Source of the DNA: an uncultured Candidatus Binatia bacterium | GTDB lineage: Bacteria > Desulfobacterota > Binatia > Bin18 | Length of the DNA: 64,000 nucleotides | Direction of reading: 5' to 3' | NCBI GenBank assembly: GCA_965218395.1 | Contig: OZ244620.1 | Location: 1,342,930 to 1,406,929 of the forward strand | Part shown: one piece after another, positions 29,123 to 38,998 of the stretch | Position numbering within the stretch: position 1 is the stretch's first letter | Layout of the letters: each line of letters opens with the position of its first letter | Position numbers and translations under genes: made by a program | Notes under the pieces: model-generated | Told to the model about the DNA's origin: nothing | The model's database searches: none | What the model saw: the letters and a program-made list of their open reading frames with translations, nothing else

Positions 29123-30211
29123 ATGGCCGGCAAAGACAGCAGCGATCGCAGCCTGCGTATCGCCTCGATGACAACCATGCTGGATTATCACTGGATGTTT
29201 CTGCGCAGCCTCTCGTCTTCGGTCCGGGAGTACTTGGGCGAGGCCGGCCTGGCGGCGCTTGAGCGCGGCTTCCGGCGGGCGGGCTATTCTCGCGGCCAGC
29301 GCATTCGCGACCGCCCGGAGACCTTTGCCGAAGGACGCGACGCCCTGGCGCTGATCCGCCACTGGGATATGGGCGAGCACGCCATGGCCGCGGAGACGAG
29401 CCCGTTTGCAGTCAGCGGCACCGGGGCACGGGCGACCGTCAGCCTCCCCTACGTTCCCGGCGCGGACTACTTCAGCACCCACGCCGGGGGCGAGATACTG
29501 GAGCCGTATTGGCGCAATACCCTGGCGGGTATTGCTGAGGGTTACGACGAGGCAGTTGGGGTTGAGTTCTCCACCCTGACGCCTGATCTCAACACGCCGT
29601 GGCAGCTCACCTGGACCTACCAGGGCGAATCCGAAGAGGTCACTGCCGGGCCACCGGAGGATGTTTTTGCTCAGCCGGCCAAGGCCATCCAACTCACCCG
29701 CAGTACCTTTGCCGCGTTTGCCGCGATGCAGATGTATGTCGGCTTCGAGCTGATTGATCGGTTTGACGCCTCAGGCGAGCGGGCGCTGCGCGAGGCGCTG
29801 TATCAGTTCGGGGTTGAGCGCGGCCAGGGCATGCGCGAACAGGCGCTGAGCCAGGGACGGCCGCTGGACTTTCAGTCCTGGTTCGAAGTGCTCCAGGAGC
29901 GCGACCCGGCCGAATCGGTCTTTGTCTTTCGCGGCGATACCCATATCTCGCCCGGCGTCATGCAGGCCGAGTGCACCTACTGTCCGCTGGCCGAGGTCTG
30001 GTCGGGAGAGGGCGAGCGCGGCCTGAAGCTCGGCTATATGTACGATGTCGAGGTCCATCGGGGCTTGGTGGAATCCTACCATCCGGGTGGCAGGATACGC
30101 TGGAATACGGTCAAGACCCGTGGGGACCGGACGTGCAAATTCTACTTCTCCATTCCCGAACTGGTGACACGGAACGATCCCGACTGGGCTCAGCCGCGCC
30201 CTCAGAAATAG
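29123..30211 (+). CDS. Tandem ATC-hydrolase/V4R-like domain protein
   Basis: Internal duplication (AGLAALERGFRRAGYSRGQRIR vs SGERALREALYQFGVERGQGMR); CTYCPLAEVW and GDRTC in the C-terminal half; GGAGG RBS. Confidence 0.65.
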   Translation: MAGKDSSDRSLRIASMTTMLDYHWMFLRSLSSSVREYLGEAGLAALERGFRRAGYSRGQRIRDRPETFAEGRDALALIRHWDMGEHAMAAETSPFAVSGTGARATVSLPYVPGADYFSTHAGGEILEPYWRNTLAGIAEGYDEAVGVEFSTLTPDLNTPWQLTWTYQGESEEVTAGPPEDVFAQPAKAIQLTRSTFAAFAAMQMYVGFELIDRFDASGERALREALYQFGVERGQGMREQALSQGRPLDFQSWFEVLQERDPAESVFVFRGDTHISPGVMQAECTYCPLAEVWSGEGERGLKLGYMYDVEVHRGLVESYHPGGRIRWNTVKTRGDRTCKFYFSIPELVTRNDPDWAQPRPQK

Positions 30212-30221
30212 GAGGCTCACT

Positions 30222-31160
30222 ATGTTAGAACTGCTCGACAACCCCGTCCCGTGGCCCAACGGCGCGCGCTGTGCGGCCTCCATTACGTTCGACATGGACA
30301 CGGACAGCGCCCTGCACCTGTCGCATGCCGACGCCTACAAACGGGTGGCCGCCCTGTCGTGGTTACGCTACGACGAGGTGGCGGTGCCGCGGATCGTGAA
30401 GCTGTTTAACCACTACCATATCAAGGGGACCTTTTTCGTGCCGGGCTGGTGCGTCGAACGCTATCCGGCCACGGTCGAGACGATTGTCGCCAGTGAGCAC
30501 GAACTGGCCTATCACGGCTATCTGCACGAGAACCCCATGGACCAGACCCGCGAGGGCGAGCGCTACTGGCTGGAGCGCAGCATCGAGGCGATCGAGCGCC
30601 TCAGCGGCAAACGACCGGCGGGCGGGCGGGCGCCGTATTACAACTACTCGCCCCATTCCACCGGGCTGCTGGCCCAGGCCGGCTTTGTGTACGATTCGAG
30701 TCTCATGGCCGATAGCCAGCCCTACGTCATGCGCGCGCCCGAGGGCGAGGTCATCGAACTGCCGACCGACTGGGCCATGGACGACTGGCCGCAATATGCG
30801 CATAGCCCGGACTTTCGGTATCTGATGCCTACGCGTGCGCCGGATAAAGCCATGGAAGTCTTCATGGCCGAGTTCGAGGCGGCCTATGCCTTCGGCGGCC
30901 TGTGGGTCACGGTCTGGCATCCGTTTGTGACCGGACGGCTGGCTCGCCTCGCCGAAGTGGCCAAGATGATAGAAGCGATACAAGACCGGGGCGACGTGTG
31001 GTTTGCCAGCATGGAGGAGATCGCCCTGCACGTGCGGCGCTGTATCGCCGACGGGAGCTATACCCCGCGCGTTGTTGCCATGCCCTATTATGAGGAACCG
31101 ATCCCGGAATTGACCGAGGGATTTCCCGCCGGCCTGGAACTCAGAAAGCCGAGCGGTTAG
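30222..31160 (+). CDS. Polysaccharide deacetylase (CE4/PuuE-like) family protein
   Basis: TFDMD, TFFVPG, HELAYHGYLHE, RAP, YDSS, WHP. Confidence 0.9.
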   Translation: MLELLDNPVPWPNGARCAASITFDMDTDSALHLSHADAYKRVAALSWLRYDEVAVPRIVKLFNHYHIKGTFFVPGWCVERYPATVETIVASEHELAYHGYLHENPMDQTREGERYWLERSIEAIERLSGKRPAGGRAPYYNYSPHSTGLLAQAGFVYDSSLMADSQPYVMRAPEGEVIELPTDWAMDDWPQYAHSPDFRYLMPTRAPDKAMEVFMAEFEAAYAFGGLWVTVWHPFVTGRLARLAEVAKMIEAIQDRGDVWFASMEEIALHVRRCIADGSYTPRVVAMPYYEEPIPELTEGFPAGLELRKPSG

Positions 31161-32566
31161 GCCGGATGTTGTTTATGCCACGCCGTGCTTTGCTCGTAGG
31201 CATACGCAACCTGCAGGACCGTCGCTTCCTCAAACGGCCGCCCAACGAGTTGGAGCCCGATCGGGAGACCGTCTTGTGTAAACCCGCACGGCACCGAGAT
31301 GGCGGGCAGGCCGGTCATATTAAACGGTCGGGTTGCCCGAGCGATGTGGGCCGCAACAGGGAATTCCTTGCCTCCTATGCTGACGCTCGGCTGATCTATC
31401 CTGCTGGCCGCCAGGACGGTCGTGGGCGTCACCAACGCATCCACCCGGCCGAGCAGGTCGAGCATCTCCTGGCGTAACAACGACCGAAAGCGTTGGGCCT
31501 GGAGATATTGGGCGGCCTGCACGCAGGCTCCCAGCAACAGCCGGGTGCGCACGTCAGCGCCATAGTCCTGGCTGCGCGTCTGCATGGTCCGGGCATGAAT
31601 CTCATACGCCTCCGCGGCAATAATGGCGGTCGAGCTGGCAATCACATGCTGAATGCTGGGGATCGAGACGGCTTCGACTGTCGCCCCGAGGGAAGATAAA
31701 TGCTGTATAGCAGCCTGCACGCCCTCTCGGACTGCCGGCTCAACGTCTTCAAAAAAATACTCGTGTGGCACACCGAGACGCAGCCCGCGGAGGTCCTCCT
31801 GCAGGGCCGCCGTATAATCCGGCACCGCCGCCGCGCTGGCGGTCAGGTCGTTGGGGTCGGGACCGGCAATGGCGTGCAGCAACACGGCAGCATCGGCAAC
31901 CGTTCGGACCATAGGACCGACATGATCGCACGAAGGGCTGAGCGGATAGACCCCGAACCGACTCACCCGCCCATACGTCGGCTTGAGACCGACAATGCCG
32001 CTGAGCGAGGCCGGAATACGGACCGAGCCGCCCGTATCCGTTCCGAGCGTCCCCAGGGCCAGTCCGGCCGCCATGGCCACCGCCGAGCCACCGCTCGACC
32101 CACCCGGAAGACGGGTGCGGTCCCACGGGTTGCGGGGGGTGCCGTAGTGCGGATTGAGCGAGGTCCCACCCCAGGCGAACTCGTGCATATTGAGTTTCCC
32201 CAGCAGAATCGTGCCGGCCTGCCTGAGTCGGGTGACAACCGTGGCATCGCTGTCCGCAATATGATCGGCCAGAATCTTGGAGCCGCACGTCATGCGTACG
32301 CCCTTGACCGCAAACAGGTCCTTGAGCGCGATGGGAATGCCGTGGAGCGGACCCCTATACCGCCCGTGTACGATTTCCTGTTCCGCGGTGTGCGCTGTGG
32401 CCAGCGCTTCGTCTCTGAGGATAGTAAGATAGGCCAGGTATTCGTCATTCAGGCGGTCAATCCGCTCCAGATAACCCCGGGTCAGCTCTACGGGCGAGAC
32501 TTCTTTCTTTTGGATGAGAGGCGCTAACTCGACAATGCTCGTGAAGGCCAACTCTTCAGTCTTCAT
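31157..32566 (-). CDS. Amidase signature family enzyme
   Basis: GPLHGIPIALKD, GGSSGGS, GTDTGGSVR. Confidence 0.93.
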   Translation of the reverse strand: MKTEELAFTSIVELAPLIQKKEVSPVELTRGYLERIDRLNDEYLAYLTILRDEALATAHTAEQEIVHGRYRGPLHGIPIALKDLFAVKGVRMTCGSKILADHIADSDATVVTRLRQAGTILLGKLNMHEFAWGGTSLNPHYGTPRNPWDRTRLPGGSSGGSAVAMAAGLALGTLGTDTGGSVRIPASLSGIVGLKPTYGRVSRFGVYPLSPSCDHVGPMVRTVADAAVLLHAIAGPDPNDLTASAAAVPDYTAALQEDLRGLRLGVPHEYFFEDVEPAVREGVQAAIQHLSSLGATVEAVSIPSIQHVIASSTAIIAAEAYEIHARTMQTRSQDYGADVRTRLLLGACVQAAQYLQAQRFRSLLRQEMLDLLGRVDALVTPTTVLAASRIDQPSVSIGGKEFPVAAHIARATRPFNMTGLPAISVPCGFTQDGLPIGLQLVGRPFEEATVLQVAYAYEQSTAWHKQHPA

Positions 32567-32759
32567 CGCGTTTGCCCTCCGACACGACAAAGCGCACTGC
32601 CGGCTCTATATGACTGAGGTTCAAGGCGTCCAGCGCATCGAGTCCCGCAGACAATTGTGCATACAGCGTCGTCAGCTCTTTGAGCGCATCTTCGCTCAGC
32701 GGTTCTGCGAGCTTGTCTCGGAGAAGAGCCGCCACGAGTTCTCGATCTCCCATGTCCAT
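32556..32759 (-). CDS. Small AtzG/GatC-like putative amidase partner (67 aa)
   Basis: Overlaps the amidase start; LSEDALKEL..LYAQL..EPAVRF; GGAGG RBS. Confidence 0.7.
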   Translation of the reverse strand: MDMGDRELVAALLRDKLAEPLSEDALKELTTLYAQLSAGLDALDALNLSHIEPAVRFVVSEGKRDED

Positions 32760-32828
32760 TTCGCCTCCCTCAGAAGCTGTTGCCTGTAGATCAGCGCCGA
32801 GTGGTCCGTCGCGCGGATTTTGCGAGCT

Positions 32829-32861
32829 TGTCATTCTGGGGAGCGAAGGGGAAGAATGACA
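32829..32861. repeat. Short TGTCATTCT...AGAATGACA palindrome
   Basis: Perfect 9-bp inverted arms in intergenic DNA. Confidence 0.45.
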
Positions 32862-32892
32862 CCAGGCATCTTCACTCGGGTAAAGCCGTGTC

Positions 32893-33237
32893 TCAAAACC
32901 TCGGTTCGTGTCTCGGCACGAACCGAGTGGACTCAAAACCGTCAACCACCTCCGGCTGTCCAAACAATTCTACTGCTGGTGCAATCTCCGCCAAGGATAA
33001 TGTCAGAAAAAATAGCCGCCGCGCTTCCTCAGGCATTGCATCGGGAGGGAACCGCTTCAGATATTCAAGAATGACCTCCATCCGGGGAAAGATCGCATCA
33101 TAAAAGGTCTGGAGCTCTTCCCTGGTGCTTGATAGACGCTTTGTATTGCGTGCCCTTTCTTCCGCCAGAGACCATGCCCTGACGAAAGGCTCAAGGTCGG
33201 TAAACTGACTCGGCAACAAACCGTCAGGCATAGGCAC
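32893..33237 (-). CDS. Conserved small protein coupled to Rieske oxygenase
   Basis: LPSQFTDLEP..WSLA..R..KRLSST..FYD..PRME; paralog of 9017-9367. Confidence 0.8.
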   Translation of the reverse strand: MPMPDGLLPSQFTDLEPFVRAWSLAEERARNTKRLSSTREELQTFYDAIFPRMEVILEYLKRFPPDAMPEEARRLFFLTLSLAEIAPAVELFGQPEVVDGFESTRFVPRHEPRF

Positions 33238-33241
33238 CCCC

Positions 33242-34459
33242 CTATTGTCCGCTGTCGCCTATAAAGTCTTCCGCAACCTTATTCGCGTGTCTGATCATGA
33301 CCTCCTGATCTTGCAGAGGAGAGTGAGTTATGGCCCCAGAAGTGAGTCCTCTTTGCACGTTCTCAAGGGTGCTGCCGTCTTCCAGCCACACATCACGGGT
33401 TACGCATCGCGTATATTCCTGGCTAAACCATTGGGCGGTATCTTCTGCCTTGGGTAAATACAAGCGGGCTTCCCAAAGCGACCGATCGACCGTTATCGGC
33501 CACATATAATGCGTGAGGCAGAACCCACCAAACAGTAAGAAGTGGAAATTCGGGAAGATATAATAGAGGTCAAAAGACCAATTCGGACTTCTGGTCGGAT
33601 TGAGCACCTGCGGGGGCAGCCGCTCGAGAAAGGAGCCGCTTGCCTCCCCACTGAGCATCGCCCCGAATCGGGCCGCGAGGGCTTCGACGGGAGTTGGCGT
33701 ATGACTCTGATTCCCGTAGCCCGAGAGCATACTATGGCGCTGGTAGAGTTTGATGTCGAGGGTGTGAACAGCAGGATTTTCTCTATTGGTGAAAAAATCT
33801 GGAATCGTACGCGCGTGCAGGCTCTTGGCGTGATACGCTTCGAGCTGGGAGTCTCGCGCAACTCTCCAGTTGCATTGTAGCTCCGCCTTATATGAGTAAC
33901 AGGCCGGCAGCTCCGCGAAGGGGAATTCCCTCAATACCGTGGCCACCTCGCCCAGATACTGCTGCAAGGTTTCCTGTGGGTTGGGATCCAGATGGATGAA
34001 GATAAACCCGCCACACATGTCCGTGGTAACCGGAGTCAGCCCATATTCCTTTTTCTCGAAATCAAAGAACATCTCCTCTTCCGGCACCCCGACCAACTGT
34101 CCATCTGGTGCATAGGTCCAGCCGTGGAATTTGCACGTCAATTTCTGACACGAACCCGACCCATGCCAAACAAGCTTATTCCCTCGATGTTTACACACAT
34201 TATGGAAAGCCCGCACGACTCCGTCCTGTCCGCGAACAACAAGGATTGAGGTGTTGCCCACAGCGAGGTCCTGAACAAAGTAGTCTCCGGCCTGCGGAAT
34301 TTCTTCCACTCTTCCGACGTTGAGCCACACCCGCCGAAAGATCCGTTCGCGTTCCAACTCAAAATATTCCGGCGAAATATAGGTTTCAATCGATGCCGGG
34401 CCGGTTCCCAGCTCAGGATATTGTGTGGTCCAGCGTGGATTGTTGGTGGCAGGCTCCAT
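33242..34459 (-). CDS. Rieske non-heme iron oxygenase alpha subunit
   Basis: CKHRGN...CKFHGW, EAYHAKSLH, WLEDG. Confidence 0.92.
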   Translation of the reverse strand: MEPATNNPRWTTQYPELGTGPASIETYISPEYFELERERIFRRVWLNVGRVEEIPQAGDYFVQDLAVGNTSILVVRGQDGVVRAFHNVCKHRGNKLVWHGSGSCQKLTCKFHGWTYAPDGQLVGVPEEEMFFDFEKKEYGLTPVTTDMCGGFIFIHLDPNPQETLQQYLGEVATVLREFPFAELPACYSYKAELQCNWRVARDSQLEAYHAKSLHARTIPDFFTNRENPAVHTLDIKLYQRHSMLSGYGNQSHTPTPVEALAARFGAMLSGEASGSFLERLPPQVLNPTRSPNWSFDLYYIFPNFHFLLFGGFCLTHYMWPITVDRSLWEARLYLPKAEDTAQWFSQEYTRCVTRDVWLEDGSTLENVQRGLTSGAITHSPLQDQEVMIRHANKVAEDFIGDSGQ

Positions 34460-34509
34460 ACTCTCTCCCTCCTTATCTGAATGTGTTTTGAGGGGAACCT
34501 ATGCCCAGG

Positions 34510-34905
34510 CTAGAGCAGGTCTGCCCCAGCCTGAGCACACTCCTCGTCCTGCTGACCAGTCCCTCCACCAACGCCGCAGCCGCCCTCAAGTACCCCGTCG
34601 CGCATGATCGCAACGCCCCCCTGGCTGGCGATCATGTGGCCCCCTTCTGCCGCAACAATCCCACGTACAATCGGGCTGTCGGCCATTTGTTGAAGGGCAC
34701 CACTGGGCCGGGCAAAACCGGCTGAAGCGACGGCCTTCCCCTGAGAGCCGTAGACGCCGGCCCACAAGGCATCATCCATGCGGTTGAAAGCCACGAGGCG
34801 TCCCCCAGCGTCACACACGGCTACGCTGATCTTGATGTTGAGCTCTTGCGCCTTGGCTATGGCCCCGGCAGCAATGCGGTTCGATTCCTCCAATGTCAGT
34901 GCCAT
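34510..34905 (-). CDS. GlcG/HbpS family heme-binding protein
   Basis: VAVCDAGG, RMD, GKA, QGG, GVGG. Confidence 0.88.
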   Translation of the reverse strand: MALTLEESNRIAAGAIAKAQELNIKISVAVCDAGGRLVAFNRMDDALWAGVYGSQGKAVASAGFARPSGALQQMADSPIVRGIVAAEGGHMIASQGGVAIMRDGVLEGGCGVGGGTGQQDEECAQAGADLL

Positions 34906-35026
34906 ACGGTAAACCCTCCTCTCTCAGTATAAGATTGAACTTGCAAATTCCGAGCAATTTTGCAAACGATGCAGATACAAAAGACGGTACCATTGTTCGA
35001 GAAACCCACAGGAAAGGAGCAGTCAT

Positions 35027-35740
35027 ATGAGGGCAGAGAGTCTGGAATATAAAGATGGGGATGTCACGCTCAAGGGATTTGTGGCGCTGGATGACCAGAG
35101 CAACCATAAGCGACCCGGGATTCTGGTGATGCCCGAGGCGTTTGGATTGGGCAAGCAGGCCAAGGACCGTGCCCTGCGACTGGCCTCACTCGGCTATGCC
35201 GCTCTGGCGGGCGACCCGTATGGCAACGGCCTGGAGGTCAGCGATTTGCAGGAAGCGATTAAACACGCGGGAGCCATACGCGAGGATAACACCAAGTTCC
35301 GCCAGCGCATCCGCGCCGGACTCGACGCGCTGATGGCGCTGCCACAGGTTGATACCGACCGACTTGTGGTCTTGGGCTATTGTATGGGTGGCTCCTGTTC
35401 CCTGGAGATGGCGCGGGACGGCGCACCGCTCAAGGGCGTGGTCTCATTTCACGGCGCCCTGGAAACGCAGAGTCCGGCAGAGCCGGGCAAAGTACAGGCA
35501 AAGGTCCTGGTCTGCCACGGTGCGGATGATCCCTTTGTCCCGGTCGAGCATGTCACTGCCTTTGAAGAGGAGATGACCAAGGCCGGAGTTGACTGGCAGG
35601 TCATCAGCTATGGTGGCACGGTGCATAGCTTTACGAATCCGGAGGCCGACGGTTCCATAGAGGGTATTTGCTACAATAAACAGGCGGATGAGCGCTCGTG
35701 GCAGGCGATGCAGGCGTTTTTTGACGAGATTTTTGCCTAG
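35027..35740 (+). CDS. Dienelactone hydrolase family protein
   Basis: PE, GYCMGG nucleophile elbow, HGADD, HSF. Confidence 0.9.
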   Translation: MRAESLEYKDGDVTLKGFVALDDQSNHKRPGILVMPEAFGLGKQAKDRALRLASLGYAALAGDPYGNGLEVSDLQEAIKHAGAIREDNTKFRQRIRAGLDALMALPQVDTDRLVVLGYCMGGSCSLEMARDGAPLKGVVSFHGALETQSPAEPGKVQAKVLVCHGADDPFVPVEHVTAFEEEMTKAGVDWQVISYGGTVHSFTNPEADGSIEGICYNKQADERSWQAMQAFFDEIFA

Positions 35741-35743
35741 CCG

Positions 35744-36409
35744 CTATCCCGACCGGCCCGACCGGATTGCGTACACATCGACCTCTTCACGTCCAGCCAT
35801 CCAGGCCGTCTCGCGGTGCTGGACCTGGACGTGAAAGCGGGCGGCGGCGAGTTGTTCTAAAAATTTTTCGACACCCTCCCGCCGGGGGTCGCCAAAAAAG
35901 GCCCTGCCGCCCGTTCTGAGCGTGGCCGCCGAGAGCTTATACATCCAGCCGCCGTCGACCGCCTCGTACAGTACGTCAGCGCCGACAAGCACATCGTACT
36001 GGCCAAGCTGACGCACGCTGTTCTCATCCAGCCAGCAGCGGCACTGTTCCTGAACGCGGGGGACAGTATTGAGTTCACAATTCCGCTGGACCAGCTTCAG
36101 GGCTTCGGGAATATGATCCAGCGCGGTGACCTGCGCGCCCAGCGAAGACAGCACCACGCTCTCCAGCCCGACCCCACAGCCAATCACCAAGGCCTGCTTC
36201 TCGCGCCACCACTCAGCCGGATAGGTCGAGGCGAGATACTGCGACAGGGCGAGGCTGGCCGGCCAGGCCAGATGCCAGTAGTCGTTTGCGCCACAGTACG
36301 GGCAGCGGGAAAAATCGGGCTGGACGTTGCGAAGTTCAATCAGGCGCACGACGAGCTGCGGCGTGACCCGATACGGGAGAATGCTTTCTTCAAACAACTG
36401 TGTCGCCAT
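35744..36409 (-). CDS. Class I SAM methyltransferase (METTL21-like)
   Basis: YW..AWPAS, IGCGVGL, GADVLYE, DP.R. Confidence 0.8.
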   Translation of the reverse strand: MATQLFEESILPYRVTPQLVVRLIELRNVQPDFSRCPYCGANDYWHLAWPASLALSQYLASTYPAEWWREKQALVIGCGVGLESVVLSSLGAQVTALDHIPEALKLVQRNCELNTVPRVQEQCRCWLDENSVRQLGQYDVLVGADVLYEAVDGGWMYKLSAATLRTGGRAFFGDPRREGVEKFLEQLAAARFHVQVQHRETAWMAGREEVDVYAIRSGRSG

Positions 36410-36482
36410 GGTCTTGAGATAGGCGGCCCTTTCGGGTCCACTGCTCTTTTCGCAGCAGGTGCGGGATTAGCTTGAGGGTCAA

Positions 36483-36788
36483 TTATGGATGAATGCCAGG
36501 ATACCCGTCATCATACGAAAATGTCGCTCGGCGCATGCGACAGGGTTCATTTTCATGTCCGACACAGGTGACAAAAGGGTGCAGTTCTGACTCCTGGGCC
36601 GCATGAAAGACTTCCACCGGACTCTGCCCAGACACAATCACCTGGCCGTTTGCGAAGCCTATCCACTGATCGTGGTATCGGGGGAGCAACTGTTCACGCT
36701 GCACCCAGTACTCGGCCTCATTTTTACACCAGTCAGGGTGAATCTTCTGAGCCACTTCCGGCGGCAAGCCTTCAATCAGGCTTTTCAT
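36483..36788 (-). pseudogene. DUF5678-like protein, probably truncated
   Basis: LLPRYHDQWIGFANGQVIVSG pattern; abrupt end after FSYDDGYPG. Confidence 0.45.
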
Positions 36789-37009
36789 ACAACACCTCAA
36801 AGGCACTCGTCCTATTTTCCCCAAGAGGATTATACACCGATAGCGACTCCGGTAGCGAGACAGGAAAGCGGGAAGCGACCCAGTCTTGGATCGGGAGCCC
36901 ATTTTCGCTTGACAGCGGTCGTTCCGGTGCACTAGGACGGAGGCACGAGGAGACCGCGGGGAGCACCCCCCGTTTCTTTCAGTCAACATTGAGCGAGAGG
37001 AGGGACACT

Positions 37010-37606
37010 ATGGCACGGCTCAGTTTCGTTGACCCCAAGCAGATGAGTCCGCAGTATGCGCAACTGGTGGAACGGGTAAAGGACGCGGACGGCTATGTCA
37101 ACTTTTTGAGTATGATGGCCCACCGCCAGGAGGTCGTCGAGCCCATGTGGCGGGCCTATGTCGATATGTTCGAGGGCGGCATCGTCGAGCCCCCGCTCAA
37201 GGAGTTGGTCCGTATCAAAATTGCCTATCTGAACGGGTGTTTATTTTGACAGGGCTTTCGCTATGCATCGGTGATGCAAAAAGGACTGACCGAAGAAAAA
37301 ATCGCCCAACTCGAGGATTATGAAAACAGCCCGGCCTTTACTCCCCGCGAGAAGAGCGCCCTCCGCTATGCCGAGAAGCTGGCCGTTGATGTCGACGCGA
37401 TGGATAACGACGAGTTCTTTAGCGGGCTACAGCAACATTTTACCGACGCCGAGATCGTCGAGCTCGGCATCGTGATTGGATATGACATTGCCTTTGGTCG
37501 GCTGCTGCGCGTGTTTGACGCCGACCCGAAAGTGTGTGAAGTCCCGGAGCATCGTGAGGTTGACATAAACGTGAGCCAATCTCCCGCTCTGTCCGCAGCA
37601 AAATAG
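37010..37606 (+). CDS. AhpD/carboxymuconolactone decarboxylase family selenoprotein (Sec at codon 80, CxxU)
   Basis: LKELVRIKIAYLNG-C-L-F-[TGA 37247-37249]-QGFRYASV continues in frame into GLTEEKI..FTPREKSALRYAE..HFTDAEIVEL; hairpin directly downstream; GAGGAGG RBS. Confidence 0.85.
37250..37288 (+). promoter_or_regulatory. Putative bacterial SECIS element
   Basis: Upper stem TGCATC(37264-69)/GATGCA(37273-78) with GGT apical loop 20 nt after the UGA; lower pairing CAG..CTTT / AAAG..CTG. Confidence 0.75.
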
Positions 37607-37693
37607 CGCGTGCTACGGGTGGGTCAGGCCGGCCCACCCTCTTCTCTTGGATAGCCTACCGAAACGTCTCGGTGCCGTCGTCGAACAGCGCCC

Positions 37694-38923
37694 TCATATC
37701 CGTTCGATAATGGTGGCAATACCCATGCCGCCGCCGATACACATGGTGACCAGCCCGGTGGTTTTATCCTGACGTTCGAGTTCGTCGAGGACGGTGCCCA
37801 TGAGCATGCTGCCGGTTGCGCCGAGCGGATGACCGAGGGCGATCGCCCCACCGTTGACGTTGACCGTGTCCGGGTCCATGTCACAGTCGCGCATGGTTTT
37901 CAGCGGGACAACCGCAAATGCCTCGTTGATCTCAATCAGATCAATATCCTTGATCGTCATGCCGGCTTTTTTGAGCACCTTTTTGGTCGCCGGAACCGGT
38001 GCGGTCAACATGATAATGGGCTCATCCCCCGCCGTTGCGGTGGCGACAGTCCGAGCGCGCGGCTGCATGCCGTGGCTGCGGGCATACTCCGGAGAGGCCA
38101 GCAGCAGGGCTCCCGCGCCGTCAACGATGCCCGACGAATTGCCGGCGTGATGCACATGGTTGATCTCTGTCACGTCCGTGTAGCGTGACAGCGCCTTTTC
38201 GTCGAAACTCAGCGTGTCGCCCTTTTGCACATACTCTCCCAGTTTCGCAAAGGACGGCGGCAGTTGACCCAGCCCCTCAAGCGTCGTGCGTGGTCGCGGA
38301 TATTCGTCTTGTTCCAGGACCGTCGTGCCGTCGGCAGCGCGCACGGGAATCAGGCTCTTTTTCAGGCGACCTTCTTTATGAGCACGGGCGTAGCGCTGCT
38401 GGCTCGACAGCGCGAAGGTGTCGCAATCTTCGCGGCTGAACCCTTCTCGGGTGGCAATCAGATCGCCGGAGATGCCTTGCTGGACAAGCGGGTGGAGTTG
38501 GCGCAGATGCCGATTATGGCCGTCAATCCCACCCCGGTCCGCATTCATCGGCACGCGGGACATGGACTCCACCCCACCGGCCACCACCACGTCCTGCTCG
38601 CCGGACTTGATGCCCATGGCCGCAAAATTGACCGCCTGCTGTCCCGAGCCGCAGAAACGGTTGATCGTCACCCCGGTCGAATCGTTCGGCCACTCGGCTG
38701 CCAGCACGGACATCCGGGCGATGCACATGGCCTGTTCGCCATACGCCGTCACACAGCCAACCACTACGTCGTCCACATCTCGCGGGTCCAGGTGGTTTCG
38801 TTCTTTTGTGGCATTCAGGACCTGCGCCATGAGTTCCTGAGGATGGAGTCCTGCCAGCGCACCATCTTTCTTTCCCCGTCCGCGTGGGGTGCGAACGGCA
38901 TCAATAATCCAGGCTTCAGCCAT
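37694..38923 (-). CDS. Acetyl-CoA C-acyltransferase (thiolase)
   Basis: [25 protein letters not shown]. Confidence 0.93.
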   Translation of the reverse strand: MAEAWIIDAVRTPRGRGKKDGALAGLHPQELMAQVLNATKERNHLDPRDVDDVVVGCVTAYGEQAMCIARMSVLAAEWPNDSTGVTINRFCGSGQQAVNFAAMGIKSGEQDVVVAGGVESMSRVPMNADRGGIDGHNRHLRQLHPLVQQGISGDLIATREGFSREDCDTFALSSQQRYARAHKEGRLKKSLIPVRAADGTTVLEQDEYPRPRTTLEGLGQLPPSFAKLGEYVQKGDTLSFDEKALSRYTDVTEINHVHHAGNSSGIVDGAGALLLASPEYARSHGMQPRARTVATATAGDEPIIMLTAPVPATKKVLKKAGMTIKDIDLIEINEAFAVVPLKTMRDCDMDPDTVNVNGGAIALGHPLGATGSMLMGTVLDELERQDKTTGLVTMCIGGGMGIATIIERI

Positions 38924-38998
38924 TGCTTCCTCCATCGTTTCCTGTCAGGCAATTCGGTTGGGCGAGGCGGTGTTCCTGACACCGCGGTCACGGTCGGC

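Noticed and set aside
34510-34519. CTAGAGCA matches at 34510 and 7593 as further element ends
   Set aside because: The match is only 8 bp with no partner end; the 34510 match is simply the Leu-Leu-stop codons of the GlcG-like gene.
36650-37009. Long N-terminal extension of the CMD ORF
   Set aside because: Overlaps an opposite-strand ORF; the strong RBS and family N-terminus support ATG 37010.
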